A stretch of 64,000 bases of DNA from an uncultured Armatimonadia bacterium (GTDB lineage: Bacteria > Armatimonadota > Zipacnadia > CAVVLO01): contig CAVVLO010000002.1 in the NCBI GenBank assembly GCA_963749155.1, positions 128,001-192,000 of the forward strand, read 5' to 3'. Under the pieces are notes generated by a model. That model worked only from the letters and a program-made list of their open reading frames with translations, was not told the DNA's origin and did no database searches. Made by a program: the position numbers and the translations under genes. The first letter of the stretch is position 1. The number at the start of each line of letters is the position of its first letter. Below, one piece after another: positions 26,813 through 37,802 of the stretch.

Positions 26813-28948
26813 CTAGAGGCCGCCCTGTATCACCCAGTCGAGAGCTGGCTCGGGCTTGCGTTTGCCTGTTGCGTAGTCATAGATGGCCAGGTTCACCAGC
26901 CTGGCTGCCCTGACAAGCTCTATATAGGGCCTGTCAGCGACATCAACAAATCCGATATTGTAGTTCTCTCCATCGAACCGCCCAGTGAGCGGTTGGTCTG
27001 CATATTCGAACCAATGGACGCCTACCAGATTGGGCAGAGCCGCGGCGCTTGAAACATAATGAGCGTAGGCCTGGGCGCGCTCAGGCTGCGACGCGACTGG
27101 ACGCAGTCCGCCTGCAAGCCCACTGTCGAGTGCCCCAAAATGGAACTCTCCCCCGATAAAAGGTTTACGCGCCAGTTCGTAAAACTGCTGAGCCTGCTCA
27201 GGATTTATCTCATACAGATAGGGGTTGAAGGACACTACATCACAGTATTCTCCTGCGGCTTTGATGGCTTCTTCCGAATAGGCGGCAAAACGCGCGCCCA
27301 GATAAAGATGACCGGGATCGTGACGCTTGAGTACTGCGCGAACGGTACGGAAATACTGCCGGGCAAATTCAAGCAGATAGACGCCGAGGTCAGCCTTGGC
27401 AGCCTCCGGAAGCTCGCGCACCTCGACAGGCGCGTCTTGCCTGAAAGCCTCGAAGCTTGCGAAACTGGTGCCCCAGGCCGCATTGAGGCGCGCCAGGTCC
27501 TGGCCATAAGTGGCAAAGAGCTGTCTCATAAGCGCGCGCCTGGCGAAGGACTTCTCCGGCAAGGCCAGTACCTGAGAGGCCAAATCCAGTTTGCCTGCTT
27601 CGTCCCAGCCTGCCCAAGGTAGTTCATTATCGAAAAAGTAACCGAGTATCCAGGGATCGGCGGCAAGCTCCTCCAGTTGAGACGCAAAGCTGGCCTCAAG
27701 CTGTTTTGCGAACTCGGGATCAAAGGGATCAGGCATACGTTCATTTACTTTGGGTACCCCGCCTGGAGTGCCCAGAGCGACCACATAAGCCGTCCTGCCG
27801 CGAGTTTGGAAGTCTCGGTCCGACCAGTTGCCAATTGTGTTGAAGCCCCAGGCGCGCAGCCGGTCGAGGCTGACCCGGATCCAGCTTTCGCGCCACTCAG
27901 GCCCATATTTACGAATCAGGTTGGCGGTGTAGAGGCTGACCCGATTGGGATCTCCCCAGCCTGCAGTGCGCGCTGGTCCGAAAGTGGCATCCTCCAGGGC
28001 AGGCAGCCACTTGAAAAGAGCCTCTCTGCCCGAGAGGGGGGTTGCGGTGTCGCCAAGCCCCATCACGTCCATCCCGACCGACCAGAACAGCCGCCCCTCG
28101 GGATCGACCAGCCACCAGCGCCCACCATGCTGAGTGGTTCGGAAGCGTCCGGTGGCCTCAAGCTTGGGGCCAGCCGCCCAACCGCCATACTTGTCGAGCC
28201 AGGCCGGGAGCATCACCTGGGCGAGCTGCCGGGCTTCTCCCTCAGCCTGAAGACGCAATTGACCGTCCGACTCGACCTTCACCTCAGCCGACAGAAAGCC
28301 GGGTTGTCCGAACTCATCCAGCAGCCAACTGGGCGCCTGACCTTTTACCAAACCTGCCCTCTCGACCAGCAGCTTGCAGGATTCGGTTGGATTTACCAGG
28401 AAGAGCACCAGCCGCATCATCCGCTGCCAGTAGATGGGTGGCCCGTAAAGCTGGCGCGGGATGAAGCCCTCTCCTGCCATTGGAGGCCAGCGCATCGCCT
28501 CATCCGTCCAGGTTGTAGCAAGGCGGATCCGGCTCAGGCGATGGGGCAGCAAGTAGAATTCGAACGTCTTCCAGCCTTCCTTGCCATCAGAGCCAAGCGA
28601 ATCAAGACGCAGGTGAACAAGCTGAGGCCTCGTAGAGGGATTCCATATTTCGAGTTCAAAAGCTGGGGCCTTCGTCCAGTCAGTCTCCAACCCAAGGGCC
28701 GAAAATTCCAGCGACAATCCGGGATATTCGGCCGGCTGGAAGGTAACTTCGACGACCTGCCCTCCGGCTGGCGCCTCGACAAGTCGGGCGGTCGAACTGG
28801 AAAAACTGGCCGCCTCCAGCAGCTCTTGTCCAGCCAGCGAGAAGGCCAGCGCGCTTGGGGAGAGGGCAAAAAGCAGTAATAAGACGGTCCAGCAAGCCTT
28901 CAAGACAATCCCCCCCAAGCCTGGCTGAAAGGTTAATTCGTGTTCCAC
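26813..28948 (-). CDS. GH50-like (beta-agarase family) glycoside hydrolase, secreted
   Basis: WWLVDPEG, WGFNTIGNWS, DPFDPEF, GYFFDNEL, DVVSFN, GEFHFGALD and DQPLTGRFDGENYNIGFVDV motifs. Confidence 0.85.
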   Translation of the reverse strand: MEHELTFQPGLGGIVLKACWTVLLLLFALSPSALAFSLAGQELLEAASFSSSTARLVEAPAGGQVVEVTFQPAEYPGLSLEFSALGLETDWTKAPAFELEIWNPSTRPQLVHLRLDSLGSDGKEGWKTFEFYLLPHRLSRIRLATTWTDEAMRWPPMAGEGFIPRQLYGPPIYWQRMMRLVLFLVNPTESCKLLVERAGLVKGQAPSWLLDEFGQPGFLSAEVKVESDGQLRLQAEGEARQLAQVMLPAWLDKYGGWAAGPKLEATGRFRTTQHGGRWWLVDPEGRLFWSVGMDVMGLGDTATPLSGREALFKWLPALEDATFGPARTAGWGDPNRVSLYTANLIRKYGPEWRESWIRVSLDRLRAWGFNTIGNWSDRDFQTRGRTAYVVALGTPGGVPKVNERMPDPFDPEFAKQLEASFASQLEELAADPWILGYFFDNELPWAGWDEAGKLDLASQVLALPEKSFARRALMRQLFATYGQDLARLNAAWGTSFASFEAFRQDAPVEVRELPEAAKADLGVYLLEFARQYFRTVRAVLKRHDPGHLYLGARFAAYSEEAIKAAGEYCDVVSFNPYLYEINPEQAQQFYELARKPFIGGEFHFGALDSGLAGGLRPVASQPERAQAYAHYVSSAAALPNLVGVHWFEYADQPLTGRFDGENYNIGFVDVADRPYIELVRAARLVNLAIYDYATGKRKPEPALDWVIQGGL

Positions 28949-28991
28949 ACCTTTTCACCTGCCTGCCCTGGCTCGCTGGTATACTTGCTTC

Positions 28992-29908
28992 GTGCGAAAA
29001 CAAGTCGTGTTTGGCGTTTTACTTACCTTCGTCCTGCTCGTGTGTTTCGGGCTGGGTTATTGGTGGTCGGTGCCCAATCGGGTAGCGGGCCGTTTTCCGG
29101 TGGCCCCTGAGTCCGATCGATTGACAGCCTGATACAGAGCTGGCTCTGGTGCTTGGTCCTGGTGGCTCAAGAGGGGCAGCTCATATAGGGGCGCTCAAAG
29201 CCCTGAGAGAAGCCAAACTCCAGCCGGGCCTCGTTCTCGGGGTAAGCGCCGGCTCTATCGCCGCCTGCGCTTATAGCCTTGGATTGCCCCTGGACGACCT
29301 GAGGCAGTTGTCAATCAACACTTCCACTGCCGCGATCACCTGGCCCTCTTTTTCGATCAGGGCGCCTTTCAGTCAGACTAACCTGCGTCGGTATCTGACC
29401 CGGGTATTTGGTGAGGCTCAACTTGAACAGTTGCCCATCAAATGTGTAATCGTCGCGACTGATCTGATATCCGGCGAACCTTTGTATCTGACGTCTGGTT
29501 CGGTTGTGGACGCCTGCCTGGCCAGTTGCGCCATACCGGGCACTTTCCAGGCCAAGGAGCTTGGAGGGCGTTATTATATCGACGGGGGGATCTCCGATCC
29601 GCTGCCCGGTGCGCAAGGCGCGCTCACTTGGGGCGAAGCAGGTTATCGTCCTTGATCTCGGAGTCCTTGGGCCCGATTTTCCAGCTCGCAAAAGTTTTAT
29701 CCACACCCTCGGCAAAGCTTTGAATGTGTCCATAGAAAAGCTCGCAGCCTGGGAAGCGGCCGAAGCGGACCTGGTAGTGCGTCCAAAGGTCAGCCAGGTC
29801 GACATGTTTGATTATTCACAAGGCCCTTTTGTGTATCAGCAAGGCTACGAGGCCACTCGCAAGGCGCTTGAAGAGGCGTCTCCTGGATTGCACAAGCCCA
29901 GCCGCTAG
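28992..29908 (+). CDS. Patatin-like phospholipase with N-terminal anchor (frameshifts near 29125 and 29610)
   Basis: MRKQVVFGVLLTFVLLVCFGLGYW from GTG 28992; LALVLGPGGSRGAAHIG, GVSAG and DGGISDPLP; the C-terminus continues in another frame (ARSLGAKQVIVLD..ADLVVRP). Confidence 0.8.
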
Positions 29909-30004
29909 TTGGCCTTCTGCAGCTTTCTTTCCACGTTCTGTGGGCAGGTTATGCTTCCTTCCTGCCGAAGAGATGAACCCAACTCCGCGGTCAGGAGGTT
30001 CACA

Positions 30005-33000
30005 ATGCTTCGCCTGAGAGCCTGGACAGTGTGTTTGGTAATAGCTCTGTTTACCGTGAGACTGCCGGCGTCGGCTGATTCTATTTGTCTGGTTCTCGAC
30101 ACCTTGCCCTCGGGCCCTGCTGCCTTTGGGCTTGCCGAACTCGAGACCGCCTGTAAGCAGTTCGAGCTTGAAGTGATGCTGCAGCCGCGCCCCGAGCCTG
30201 AGACCCCTTCGGTCGTATTGGGCATCCAGGGCAAGTCGACCCTGGCCCAGCAACTGGCTGAAGAGGCTGACCTTGAGCCTGTTACGGAAGCTGAAGGTTA
30301 TCTGCTGGCTGCCGTCCGGCCAGATTTGACCGTGTGTCTGGGCGCTGACGCGGTTGGCTTAATGTATGGCGCGCTTGAACTAGTCGACCGACTTGGTCTG
30401 GAGGGGCTGGCTGGCCTGCAACCTGCAGAGCCTGTCCGCGCGCAGCCAAAAGTAAAACTGCGCGGAGTAAACGAGTTTCTGAATGTGCCCCGCTCGGAGG
30501 GCGAAGACTGGTACTTCCTGCACGAAGATTTCTGGACAGGCCTGCTGGACCTGATGGCAAGGAGTCGGCTTAACTGGCTGGACCTGCATGGGATGTATGA
30601 CATTGATACGACCTGGTTTCCCAACATCTACCCCTACTTTATCAAGTCAGATACCTTCCCGGACGCGGGCCTGCCGCCCTCTCAGATGGCTCTCAACCTG
30701 GCGATGCTCAAGCGTATCCTCGAGCTTGCTCACGATAGAGGCATAAAGGTAGGCCTGATGAGCTATCAGACTTCCTGGGATGGCCCTTTCCTGCCCAAAG
30801 CACCCTATGAAGCCACCGAAGAGAACCTGGCTCTCTATACCAAAGAGTGTGTCCGCAATCTGTTGAAAGTGCTCCCGGAACTCGATTTCATTGGTTTCCG
30901 GATTGGCGAGTCCGGCAGGTCAGAGGATTTCTTCCAGAGCAGCTATTTACCTGGCCTGGATGAAAGCGGACTTGATATCCCCCTCTATACTCGCACCTGG
31001 GGGGCGCGCAAGGAGAAGATCCTCGAACTTGGAGATCGCTATCCCGGGCGCTTCTACATCGAGATAAAATACAATGGCGAGCAATACGGCCTGCCTTACA
31101 TCGTGTCAGGGGGCAGGATGGCCGGCTGGCGTGATTATTCTTATCAGAACTACTTCTCCTGGCCGACCGATTACAAGGTGCTGTGGCAACTTCGTTACAA
31201 TGGCACCCACCGCCTTTATCGCTGGGGCAACCTGGGTGACACCCGTCGCACCGCGCGCACGATTGACTTTTGCGGGGCTGAGGGAGTCTGCCTCGAGCCC
31301 TCGATGGCTTATTATCCCAAGAATGACTATATGCATCTGCCAGGCTCTTCTCATACCTATGGCTGGGGCTGGCAGCGCGACTGGGCCTGGTACGAGCTGT
31401 GGGGTCGCCTTATGTATGACCCAGACACTCCGGACGAGGTCTTCCTGCAGCACTTCGAGCAGCGATTTGGCCTGGAACAAGGCAGGTATGCGCTTACAGG
31501 ACTTGATTCGGCCAGCCACATAATCCCCTGGATTTATCGTTACCATTGCCTGGGGCCTGACCACCGCAGTATGGCGCCTGAATACGAGATGGGCGGAGAT
31601 CTGGCAGGATTCGCCGAACTTTCTCCGCTTGATACTTTTGTGATGAAATCGCCTTCAGAGAGCGCCCTGTGCGATCTTGAGGGTACCTGTGATGCCCGAC
31701 TTGGGGCTGACCAGTTCGCAACCAGGTTGCTACTAATCGCATCTCGCACAGAGCAACTTGCAGCTAATCTGGACTCGGTGAAAGGTGCAAATCCAGAGCT
31801 AGATTGCCTCTCGCTGGACTTCAGAGCGCAGGCAGAGCTCGCTCGTTATTACGCTTACAAGAAACGCGCTGCCTATCATTTTGCGCTCTATCTGGAGACT
31901 GAAGATCTGGCATCGGCGTCTGCGGCGCGTTATTGGCTGGGACTTTCACATCAGGCCTGGGCTCGCATGGCCGCGCTTAATGCCGGTCATTATGCGCCCC
32001 TGGTAGATCAACTTCGGATGCATACCCCTGCCTTTACCTGGCAGAAAGAAGGCGAGTTGCTCGCGGGTGATTCAGCCTTGCTTGATGAAGCAGTTTCAGA
32101 CTTTATGGCTAACCTGCCCGCAGCGGAGTTGGAGCCAGAGTTCAGGTCCACCACCCTGGCTACAGCACTGCCCGCTACTCTGCCTTGCAGTTTCTCACTG
32201 ACAATTGGTACCCAGGGCGAGGTCAGTGAGACTACACTCAATTATCAGCTTCGCCCGGCAGGAGAAGAGCCTGCCACCTGGGGCACTCGCCGGATGAGGT
32301 CGCTCGATGAGTTCCAGAACAGGGCCTTCTCCGTGGACTTCTCTATGCCCGAACTGACTGGAGAACTGGCCTGGTATTTCACCTGTACTGTCGCTGGCAG
32401 GCAGCTACGCTATCCGGCAGAAGGCGAATTCAAGCGTCCTGTCACCCAGGATATGACGCCCCCAGTCATCACTCTTGATCGGACCAGTCGTCAGTCCACC
32501 AGTGAAGGCGGCAAGCTTGTGCGCCTTGTGGTGAAAGTTGATGACGCCTCAAAGCTGGCCGAACTAGTGCTGGCCTGGAAGCCCCTGCCTTCGGAAACAG
32601 CCTGGCATTATGCGCCTCTTGCCCAGCGAGATGGCGCCTGGGTGGGCGAGTTCCCGCTTACCTCCGAAGGCGCCCAGTGGGCCTTGCGCGCAACCGATGA
32701 GTGGGGCAACGCCTGTATGTGGCCGGATTTCGAGAAGGAGACTCCCTATATCATCGAAGAACCCTGGGCAGCGCCAGCGCCTTCGCCTGCGGTGCCTCCA
32801 ATTGCCCTCGACCGGTTGCTTCTGCCCGAGGCCAGCGGCAAGCTGAAGAAGGTAGCCCTGGTGGGAAGAGAGGCTTCCAGCCTGGCCCAGGCAAGCCTCG
32901 AGGTCAAAAAGGCTTTACTTGCCCGGGTAGAGGCTGGGGAGTCTTTGATTATCTTCAATCAGAACTGGCCAGAAGGCCTGACTTTCGACTGGCTGCCTGG

Positions 33001-33382
33001 TTCACTTGGCCAGACTGACGATGATTTCGACAGCGCAACTCTCGTGGGAGAACATCCTCTTACCACAGGCCTCACCAGCAAGCTCAGGGCCAGCAAAATC
33101 GTAAATGACGCTCTGATACCTGGCGAGGGTTGGACTGGCCTGTCCGATCCTTGTGGTCTGGCTGTGCGCGAGTGGGGCAAAGGTTATATAATCTCGGTGC
33201 AGTTCCGGCTTGAAGACCTGCAAGCTGTGGCTTCAATGCGGCGGCTTGCGCGCAATATAATCGGCTTTCTGCACCTTGAGCCTGGCCAGGATGAAGTGCT
33301 TGTGATCGATCCGGGCAATGGCGCGGCTCGCTCGTTGTTCGAGGAACTCGGCTTCAAGCTGGCATATCTTACAGAACTCTGA
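30005..33382 (+). CDS. Large secreted putative glycoside hydrolase (GH67/GH115/GH20-like N-domain + TIM barrel + Ig-like domains)
   Basis: AGGAGG RBS and signal peptide; EAEGYLL...GADAVGLMYGALEL...PKVKLRG; LLDLMARSRLNWL; AHDRGIKV. Confidence 0.55.
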   Translation: MLRLRAWTVCLVIALFTVRLPASADSICLVLDTLPSGPAAFGLAELETACKQFELEVMLQPRPEPETPSVVLGIQGKSTLAQQLAEEADLEPVTEAEGYLLAAVRPDLTVCLGADAVGLMYGALELVDRLGLEGLAGLQPAEPVRAQPKVKLRGVNEFLNVPRSEGEDWYFLHEDFWTGLLDLMARSRLNWLDLHGMYDIDTTWFPNIYPYFIKSDTFPDAGLPPSQMALNLAMLKRILELAHDRGIKVGLMSYQTSWDGPFLPKAPYEATEENLALYTKECVRNLLKVLPELDFIGFRIGESGRSEDFFQSSYLPGLDESGLDIPLYTRTWGARKEKILELGDRYPGRFYIEIKYNGEQYGLPYIVSGGRMAGWRDYSYQNYFSWPTDYKVLWQLRYNGTHRLYRWGNLGDTRRTARTIDFCGAEGVCLEPSMAYYPKNDYMHLPGSSHTYGWGWQRDWAWYELWGRLMYDPDTPDEVFLQHFEQRFGLEQGRYALTGLDSASHIIPWIYRYHCLGPDHRSMAPEYEMGGDLAGFAELSPLDTFVMKSPSESALCDLEGTCDARLGADQFATRLLLIASRTEQLAANLDSVKGANPELDCLSLDFRAQAELARYYAYKKRAAYHFALYLETEDLASASAARYWLGLSHQAWARMAALNAGHYAPLVDQLRMHTPAFTWQKEGELLAGDSALLDEAVSDFMANLPAAELEPEFRSTTLATALPATLPCSFSLTIGTQGEVSETTLNYQLRPAGEEPATWGTRRMRSLDEFQNRAFSVDFSMPELTGELAWYFTCTVAGRQLRYPAEGEFKRPVTQDMTPPVITLDRTSRQSTSEGGKLVRLVVKVDDASKLAELVLAWKPLPSETAWHYAPLAQRDGAWVGEFPLTSEGAQWALRATDEWGNACMWPDFEKETPYIIEEPWAAPAPSPAVPPIALDRLLLPEASGKLKKVALVGREASSLAQASLEVKKALLARVEAGESLIIFNQNWPEGLTFDWLPGSLGQTDDDFDSATLVGEHPLTTGLTSKLRASKIVNDALIPGEGWTGLSDPCGLAVREWGKGYIISVQFRLEDLQAVASMRRLARNIIGFLHLEPGQDEVLVIDPGNGAARSLFEELGFKLAYLTEL

Positions 33383-33400
33383 TCAGGCGGGTAAAAGACG

Positions 33401-34267
33401 ATGGCGCTTCAGTTTGGTGAACTGACGGCGGTTGTTGATAACTCTCCAGGCGGCGATGCGGCGGTCAGATACGCGGCCTTCCTGGCAAGACGCCTCAACC
33501 CTATTTCGCCTCATCTGCGCCTTGCGGCGCTGGTGCAGCCAGAGCCTCTGGAACTCGAGGCTTCACCCGCTGACAACTCGGTACTGCCGGCTTTCAATAC
33601 TGGCCCGCGTATTACGGGGGGCAACCTGGCTTCGGAAGCCGCTCTGTCAGAGCGCCGCGATTTGCTGGACAGTTGGTCTGACAAGCTCTACAAGGAGCAG
33701 GTCGTCTGCGAAGAGGAAGTGGTCGTAGACGATCCGGTGCCTGCGCTTGTCTCGCTCTTCAAAAGCAGTGAGCTTACCGTGGCCAGTGCCCAGTCTAAAA
33801 TTACCAGAGCCCCTAAAACTCCGAAATTCCTGGCTACTTCCTGTCTTGCCGCTGGCAAACCTCTGCTGGTGGTTCAGAACGCCTATGATGTTATCTGTCA
33901 TGTCGCTTGCGTACTCAACTGGTCGCAGGCTGACCATATAGGAGAATCCCTGGCCGCCCTGCGTAACCTGGCTCGCGAGTGCCACAGACCCGCTCGGGTC
34001 ACCTGCCTTTTGATGGACAGAGGGGGCAGACGTGAAGGCCTGCTTGCCAAGGCAGAGGAATGGCGAGCTTTTTGGCCTCAGGTAGATGTGGTGCCAGCAA
34101 CGGACCCTAAAGACTTGACCAACCTGACCCGGCAGGCTGCGCAAATCGAAGCCGACCTGCTGGTGATGCCGACTTCTCTTGTTAATGGATTGTTTTCTTT
34201 CTCACGTATTGGGATTCTTGCCCGATTGATTTCAGAGGCTACCAAACCACTACTTTTATTGCCTTGA
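33401..34267 (+). CDS. Tandem universal stress protein-like
   Basis: VVDNSPGGDAAVRYAAFLA, GKPLLVV and EADLLVM...ATKPLLLLP. Confidence 0.7.
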   Translation: MALQFGELTAVVDNSPGGDAAVRYAAFLARRLNPISPHLRLAALVQPEPLELEASPADNSVLPAFNTGPRITGGNLASEAALSERRDLLDSWSDKLYKEQVVCEEEVVVDDPVPALVSLFKSSELTVASAQSKITRAPKTPKFLATSCLAAGKPLLVVQNAYDVICHVACVLNWSQADHIGESLAALRNLARECHRPARVTCLLMDRGGRREGLLAKAEEWRAFWPQVDVVPATDPKDLTNLTRQAAQIEADLLVMPTSLVNGLFSFSRIGILARLISEATKPLLLLP

Positions 34268-34268
34268 G

Positions 34269-36722
34269 ATGAGCCCTATCGTCGACTTGCGCAAGACCTC
34301 GGAGTTTCGGTCAGGTGGCCTGCGCTTGCCCCACCGGGCCAGCCAGGTGGTCTTGACGCTTGCTTTGCTTATGACAGGAATCGGACTGACTGGTTGCAGA
34401 CAACCTCCAGCCATCACGCCTCCCCCGCAGATAAGCCCCAAACCACCAATTGTTCTGGCCAACCTGAACTGCCTCCTTCTGGAACCATCAGGCGATACTT
34501 ATGCTGGAGCCACGTTGCTCAGGCAGAACGACCAGCTAGTAGTTAGCGCGCCCGCCTGGGAAACAGGTCAGGCCGCAAGCCTCTACCTCGACCTGCCGGT
34601 GGCCGACTTGCAGACTGCCGAGTGGAGACTGCAGACCGGGATGACTCTTGAAGTAACCAACCTGACACAAACAGCTGTAGGTCTTACCGTGGTATTTGAA
34701 GATGAAGCAGGTTCTCAGCGTTTCTGGGCTTCCACCTTGCAACCTGGTGCCAACCTGGTTCAGTGTCCCTTTGTCGAGAAGACCCGGGGCTTGCGCCTTG
34801 ATAAGGTAAAACGCTTCACTTTGAGGCTGCAACGAGGGCCAGGCCCGGTAGAGCTTGCCCTGGACCGGTTGTCACTTCGTTTCGAACCCGAAGCACTTAC
34901 GAGAGCCTTGGCCAGCCGGTTAGTCAAACTGGAAGCCCAACTAGGCACCTTGCCTGCAGCAGCTACAGAGTCGCTGCGCGCAGAGCTTGCGGCGCTCCAT
35001 ACTCGGGTGAACTCACTGACCGCCGATATGACAGTGCGGAGCGGAGTGTTGCCCGCGGAGCTTGAAGCGCTATCGGCGCTTGAAAGAGTTGATTTTCCCC
35101 GTATACAGACTGCGATCTGTCAGGCGCTTGCTGCGCACAACGCCGGCTCGGAGCCAGAGGGGCCTGGCTATCTTGTGGTACCTGGCCTTGCGCAGGTCTC
35201 GCCGGAGGAAGGCTTCGCAGGAGACCAGCCGCAGGCCGACTTGCGCCTGGTAGCGGCACGGGGCGAAGTGGCACTAGCCCAGGTAGTGCTCTCTCCCGGC
35301 ATCAAACCTCTACGCGAGGTTGAGTGGGAGCTTGAGCCGCTGATAGGCCCAGAAGGCGCCAGTCTTCCGGAAGACTCGGTGGAGGTGCTTCCCCTCGGTT
35401 ATGTATACTGCAAGGCCCCTGCCGAATACGCGACCGAGGGAGAGGGCTGGTATCCGGATGCGCTGCTTTCTGGATTGCAGGAACTCCGAGTGCCTGCCAA
35501 CCGGTTCAGATCGCTGTTAGTGCGGTTTACTGGGCCAAAGGCAGCAAAACCAGGACTATATAAAGGCCAGCTTGCCTTCATAAGTGGTGGAGGCGACCAT
35601 TTCAAGGTTGCTATCCAGGCCGAAGTGCTGGATTACACCTTGCCTCAAAAGGCAACACTTCCAGCTTTCTTCCCCGCCAGGCTGGAATATGCCCAGGCCG
35701 TTTATGGCAACAAGGCTCCCCAGTTTATCTCCGCGCTTGCCGATTTGCTATTACAGTATCGAATGATGCCCCTTGATTTCTATGCGCCCCCAGTAGAGGC
35801 AGAGCAACTCGAACTCTTGGCCAAGGCTGGTCAGCCTGTTTTTCCGGTTGGATATCTCGGTAAAGAAAGTGATCCAGCCAAAGCGGATGAGCAGATCCGC
35901 GCCGAGCTGGAGTCCTTGAAACAGCTGCTAGGCCAGTTGCCTGAGGCAACCCGCAAACAAGCCCTGTTTTACCTGATGGACGAGGCTCCCCTGGAAGACC
36001 TGCAAGCTCTCTCGACGGCCGCCGGGGTATTGAAAATCGCCTTTCCCGACCTGCGCCTTGCGACCTCGGCTCTGCCACCAGCGGCCCAGCAACATCAGGG
36101 CCTGAGGGATCTGATTACCGACTGGATTGTGCTAACCAGTGACCTGCCTTTGGTTGATGAGCAAGCCTTAAGGGCCAACAAAGCCCGGCTCTGGGGCTAT
36201 ATTGCCAACCAGCCAACCAGTCCCTATGCCAACTGCTTTATCGAGTCATCCTGGACAGGGCTACGCTCACTTGCGGGCGCCCAGGCACTGGCAGCAGAAC
36301 TGGATGGCCTGCTCTACTACGCCGTAAATAAATGGTGTGCTGGGGCAAGTCCCCTGGAAGAGCGTCCCTTGCTCCAATTCGCCACCGCGAACGATCACTC
36401 GGGCAACGGGGTAGGCTGGCTGGTCTATCCTGGCAAAGCCGGCCCGCTAGCTTCGATGCGGCTTGAGGCGCTGAGGCAAGGGCTTCAAGACCATACAACC
36501 GCTCGCCTGCTTGGACACCTGGCGCAAAAAGCAGCAAAGCGGGGAGGCAAAGCAGCAGGGCTCGCAAGCCAGGCCCAGGCGGCGCTTGCCACCAAAGCCG
36601 GACCTGCCAGTTCCTTCACCGACTATAGCCTGGAGCCTGAAGATTACGAAGCCTGGCACCTGAAGATTTCACGTTTGACAGCCCAACTGACAACTGCCCT
36701 CGACGAGTCGCCCAAAGATTGA
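34269..36722 (+). CDS. Lipoprotein with GH123-like/DUF4091 glycoside hydrolase domain
   Basis: Lipobox GLTGC; AARGE, WYPDAL, YLMDEA, DGLLYYA and NGVGWLVYPG..GPLASMRLEALRQGLQD. Confidence 0.7.
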   Translation: MSPIVDLRKTSEFRSGGLRLPHRASQVVLTLALLMTGIGLTGCRQPPAITPPPQISPKPPIVLANLNCLLLEPSGDTYAGATLLRQNDQLVVSAPAWETGQAASLYLDLPVADLQTAEWRLQTGMTLEVTNLTQTAVGLTVVFEDEAGSQRFWASTLQPGANLVQCPFVEKTRGLRLDKVKRFTLRLQRGPGPVELALDRLSLRFEPEALTRALASRLVKLEAQLGTLPAAATESLRAELAALHTRVNSLTADMTVRSGVLPAELEALSALERVDFPRIQTAICQALAAHNAGSEPEGPGYLVVPGLAQVSPEEGFAGDQPQADLRLVAARGEVALAQVVLSPGIKPLREVEWELEPLIGPEGASLPEDSVEVLPLGYVYCKAPAEYATEGEGWYPDALLSGLQELRVPANRFRSLLVRFTGPKAAKPGLYKGQLAFISGGGDHFKVAIQAEVLDYTLPQKATLPAFFPARLEYAQAVYGNKAPQFISALADLLLQYRMMPLDFYAPPVEAEQLELLAKAGQPVFPVGYLGKESDPAKADEQIRAELESLKQLLGQLPEATRKQALFYLMDEAPLEDLQALSTAAGVLKIAFPDLRLATSALPPAAQQHQGLRDLITDWIVLTSDLPLVDEQALRANKARLWGYIANQPTSPYANCFIESSWTGLRSLAGAQALAAELDGLLYYAVNKWCAGASPLEERPLLQFATANDHSGNGVGWLVYPGKAGPLASMRLEALRQGLQDHTTARLLGHLAQKAAKRGGKAAGLASQAQAALATKAGPASSFTDYSLEPEDYEAWHLKISRLTAQLTTALDESPKD

Positions 36723-36750
36723 GGTTGCGAAAGGAGCCCACTAGCTGGAG

Positions 36751-37726
36751 ATGAGAAACTCGCGTCCCCCAAGCAGAGGCTGGAAAGACTGGAAGCTGTG
36801 GTTTCTGATACTAGGAACTCTAATTATGGGTTATCTGCTGGTATCACCGGCGCTCAACCGACCCGGTCCACAATCAAACCAGGCGCTTGATCTCTGGCGC
36901 CAACTGCTTGCGGCCCAGCGGGCAAGCCCGCCTGTCAGGCTCGTGGTCAGGCTGGAGCTGCCCCAGGCTAATCCGCCCATCGATATCCGGGCTACTCTGA
37001 CCCGGTCAGGCAAGTGGGGCGAACTGGCGCCCGAGCAAAGCGCTCTGACAAGCACCCGGTTGATGTCGGATGGGCTGCGTTATTGGCCCGCCACAAAAGA
37101 GCCTTCCAGCCTCCGCCTGCCCTCCCTTCCCTTGCCCGAGAACGAGGCCCAATTGCTTGCCAATTATCGGATTGAAGCTGGCAAGCAGAGCCAGCTCGCT
37201 GGACGTTCGGTAAGGGAGTTCGTAATCAGACCGGTGACGCCTGGACAGCCCTCTGAACGCCTTTGGTGCGACGAGATCAACCGACTCGTCCTGAAGCGAG
37301 AACGTCGTTCGGCTTCTGGCCAGATTGTTTTCAGACTGGAGACTAGTGCCTACCAGCCTCTTGATTCCTGGGAACCGGAAAACGAACTGGCTGGCTCAAG
37401 GGAAGCCCCCTTGCAGAAGCCTCTTGCCCAAACCGAATTGGAACAATCTCTCGGCATAAAGCTAGCTAGCGCCGACCAGCCTCCCGGAAGGGTATAAGCT
37501 AGAAGGTTACTATTTGATTGATTGCGCAGGAAGGCCAGTGGCAGAAAGCCGGTATACGAATGGCCTGTCGCATCTGGCCTTGTTCCAAAGCAAGCCAGGC
37601 CAGACTTGCGCTGGCGCTGACGTCTTTGGTCAGACCATCTCAGTTGAGGTAGCAGGGCAGCAGTTGCTGGCGGCAGGTGAACTTGGAGAGACTGCCCTCA
37701 GGCAGTTTGCAATGAGCGCCAAGTAA
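36751..37726 (+). CDS. MucB/RseB-like (LolA-fold) periplasmic regulator (frameshift near 37465)
   Basis: N-terminal TM; LAGRSVREFVIRP...RLWCDEINRLVLKRE. The second frame continues LPEGYKL...YTNGLSHLALFQ...AAGELGETALRQFAMS. Confidence 0.7.
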
Positions 37727-37741
37727 TCAGGTAGACAGTCA

Positions 37742-37770
37742 GGAAACCTTTTCCATAAAATATTCGTCAA
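37742..37770 (+). promoter_or_regulatory. Putative ECF-sigma promoter
   Basis: GGAAAC(37742-37747)-N17-CGTCAA(37765-37770) with an AT-rich spacer, about 30 nt upstream of GGAGG and the ATG at 37803. Confidence 0.55.
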
Positions 37771-37802
37771 ATAGTCAAAGGCAGTACGAGGAGGCGTTTA
37801 TC

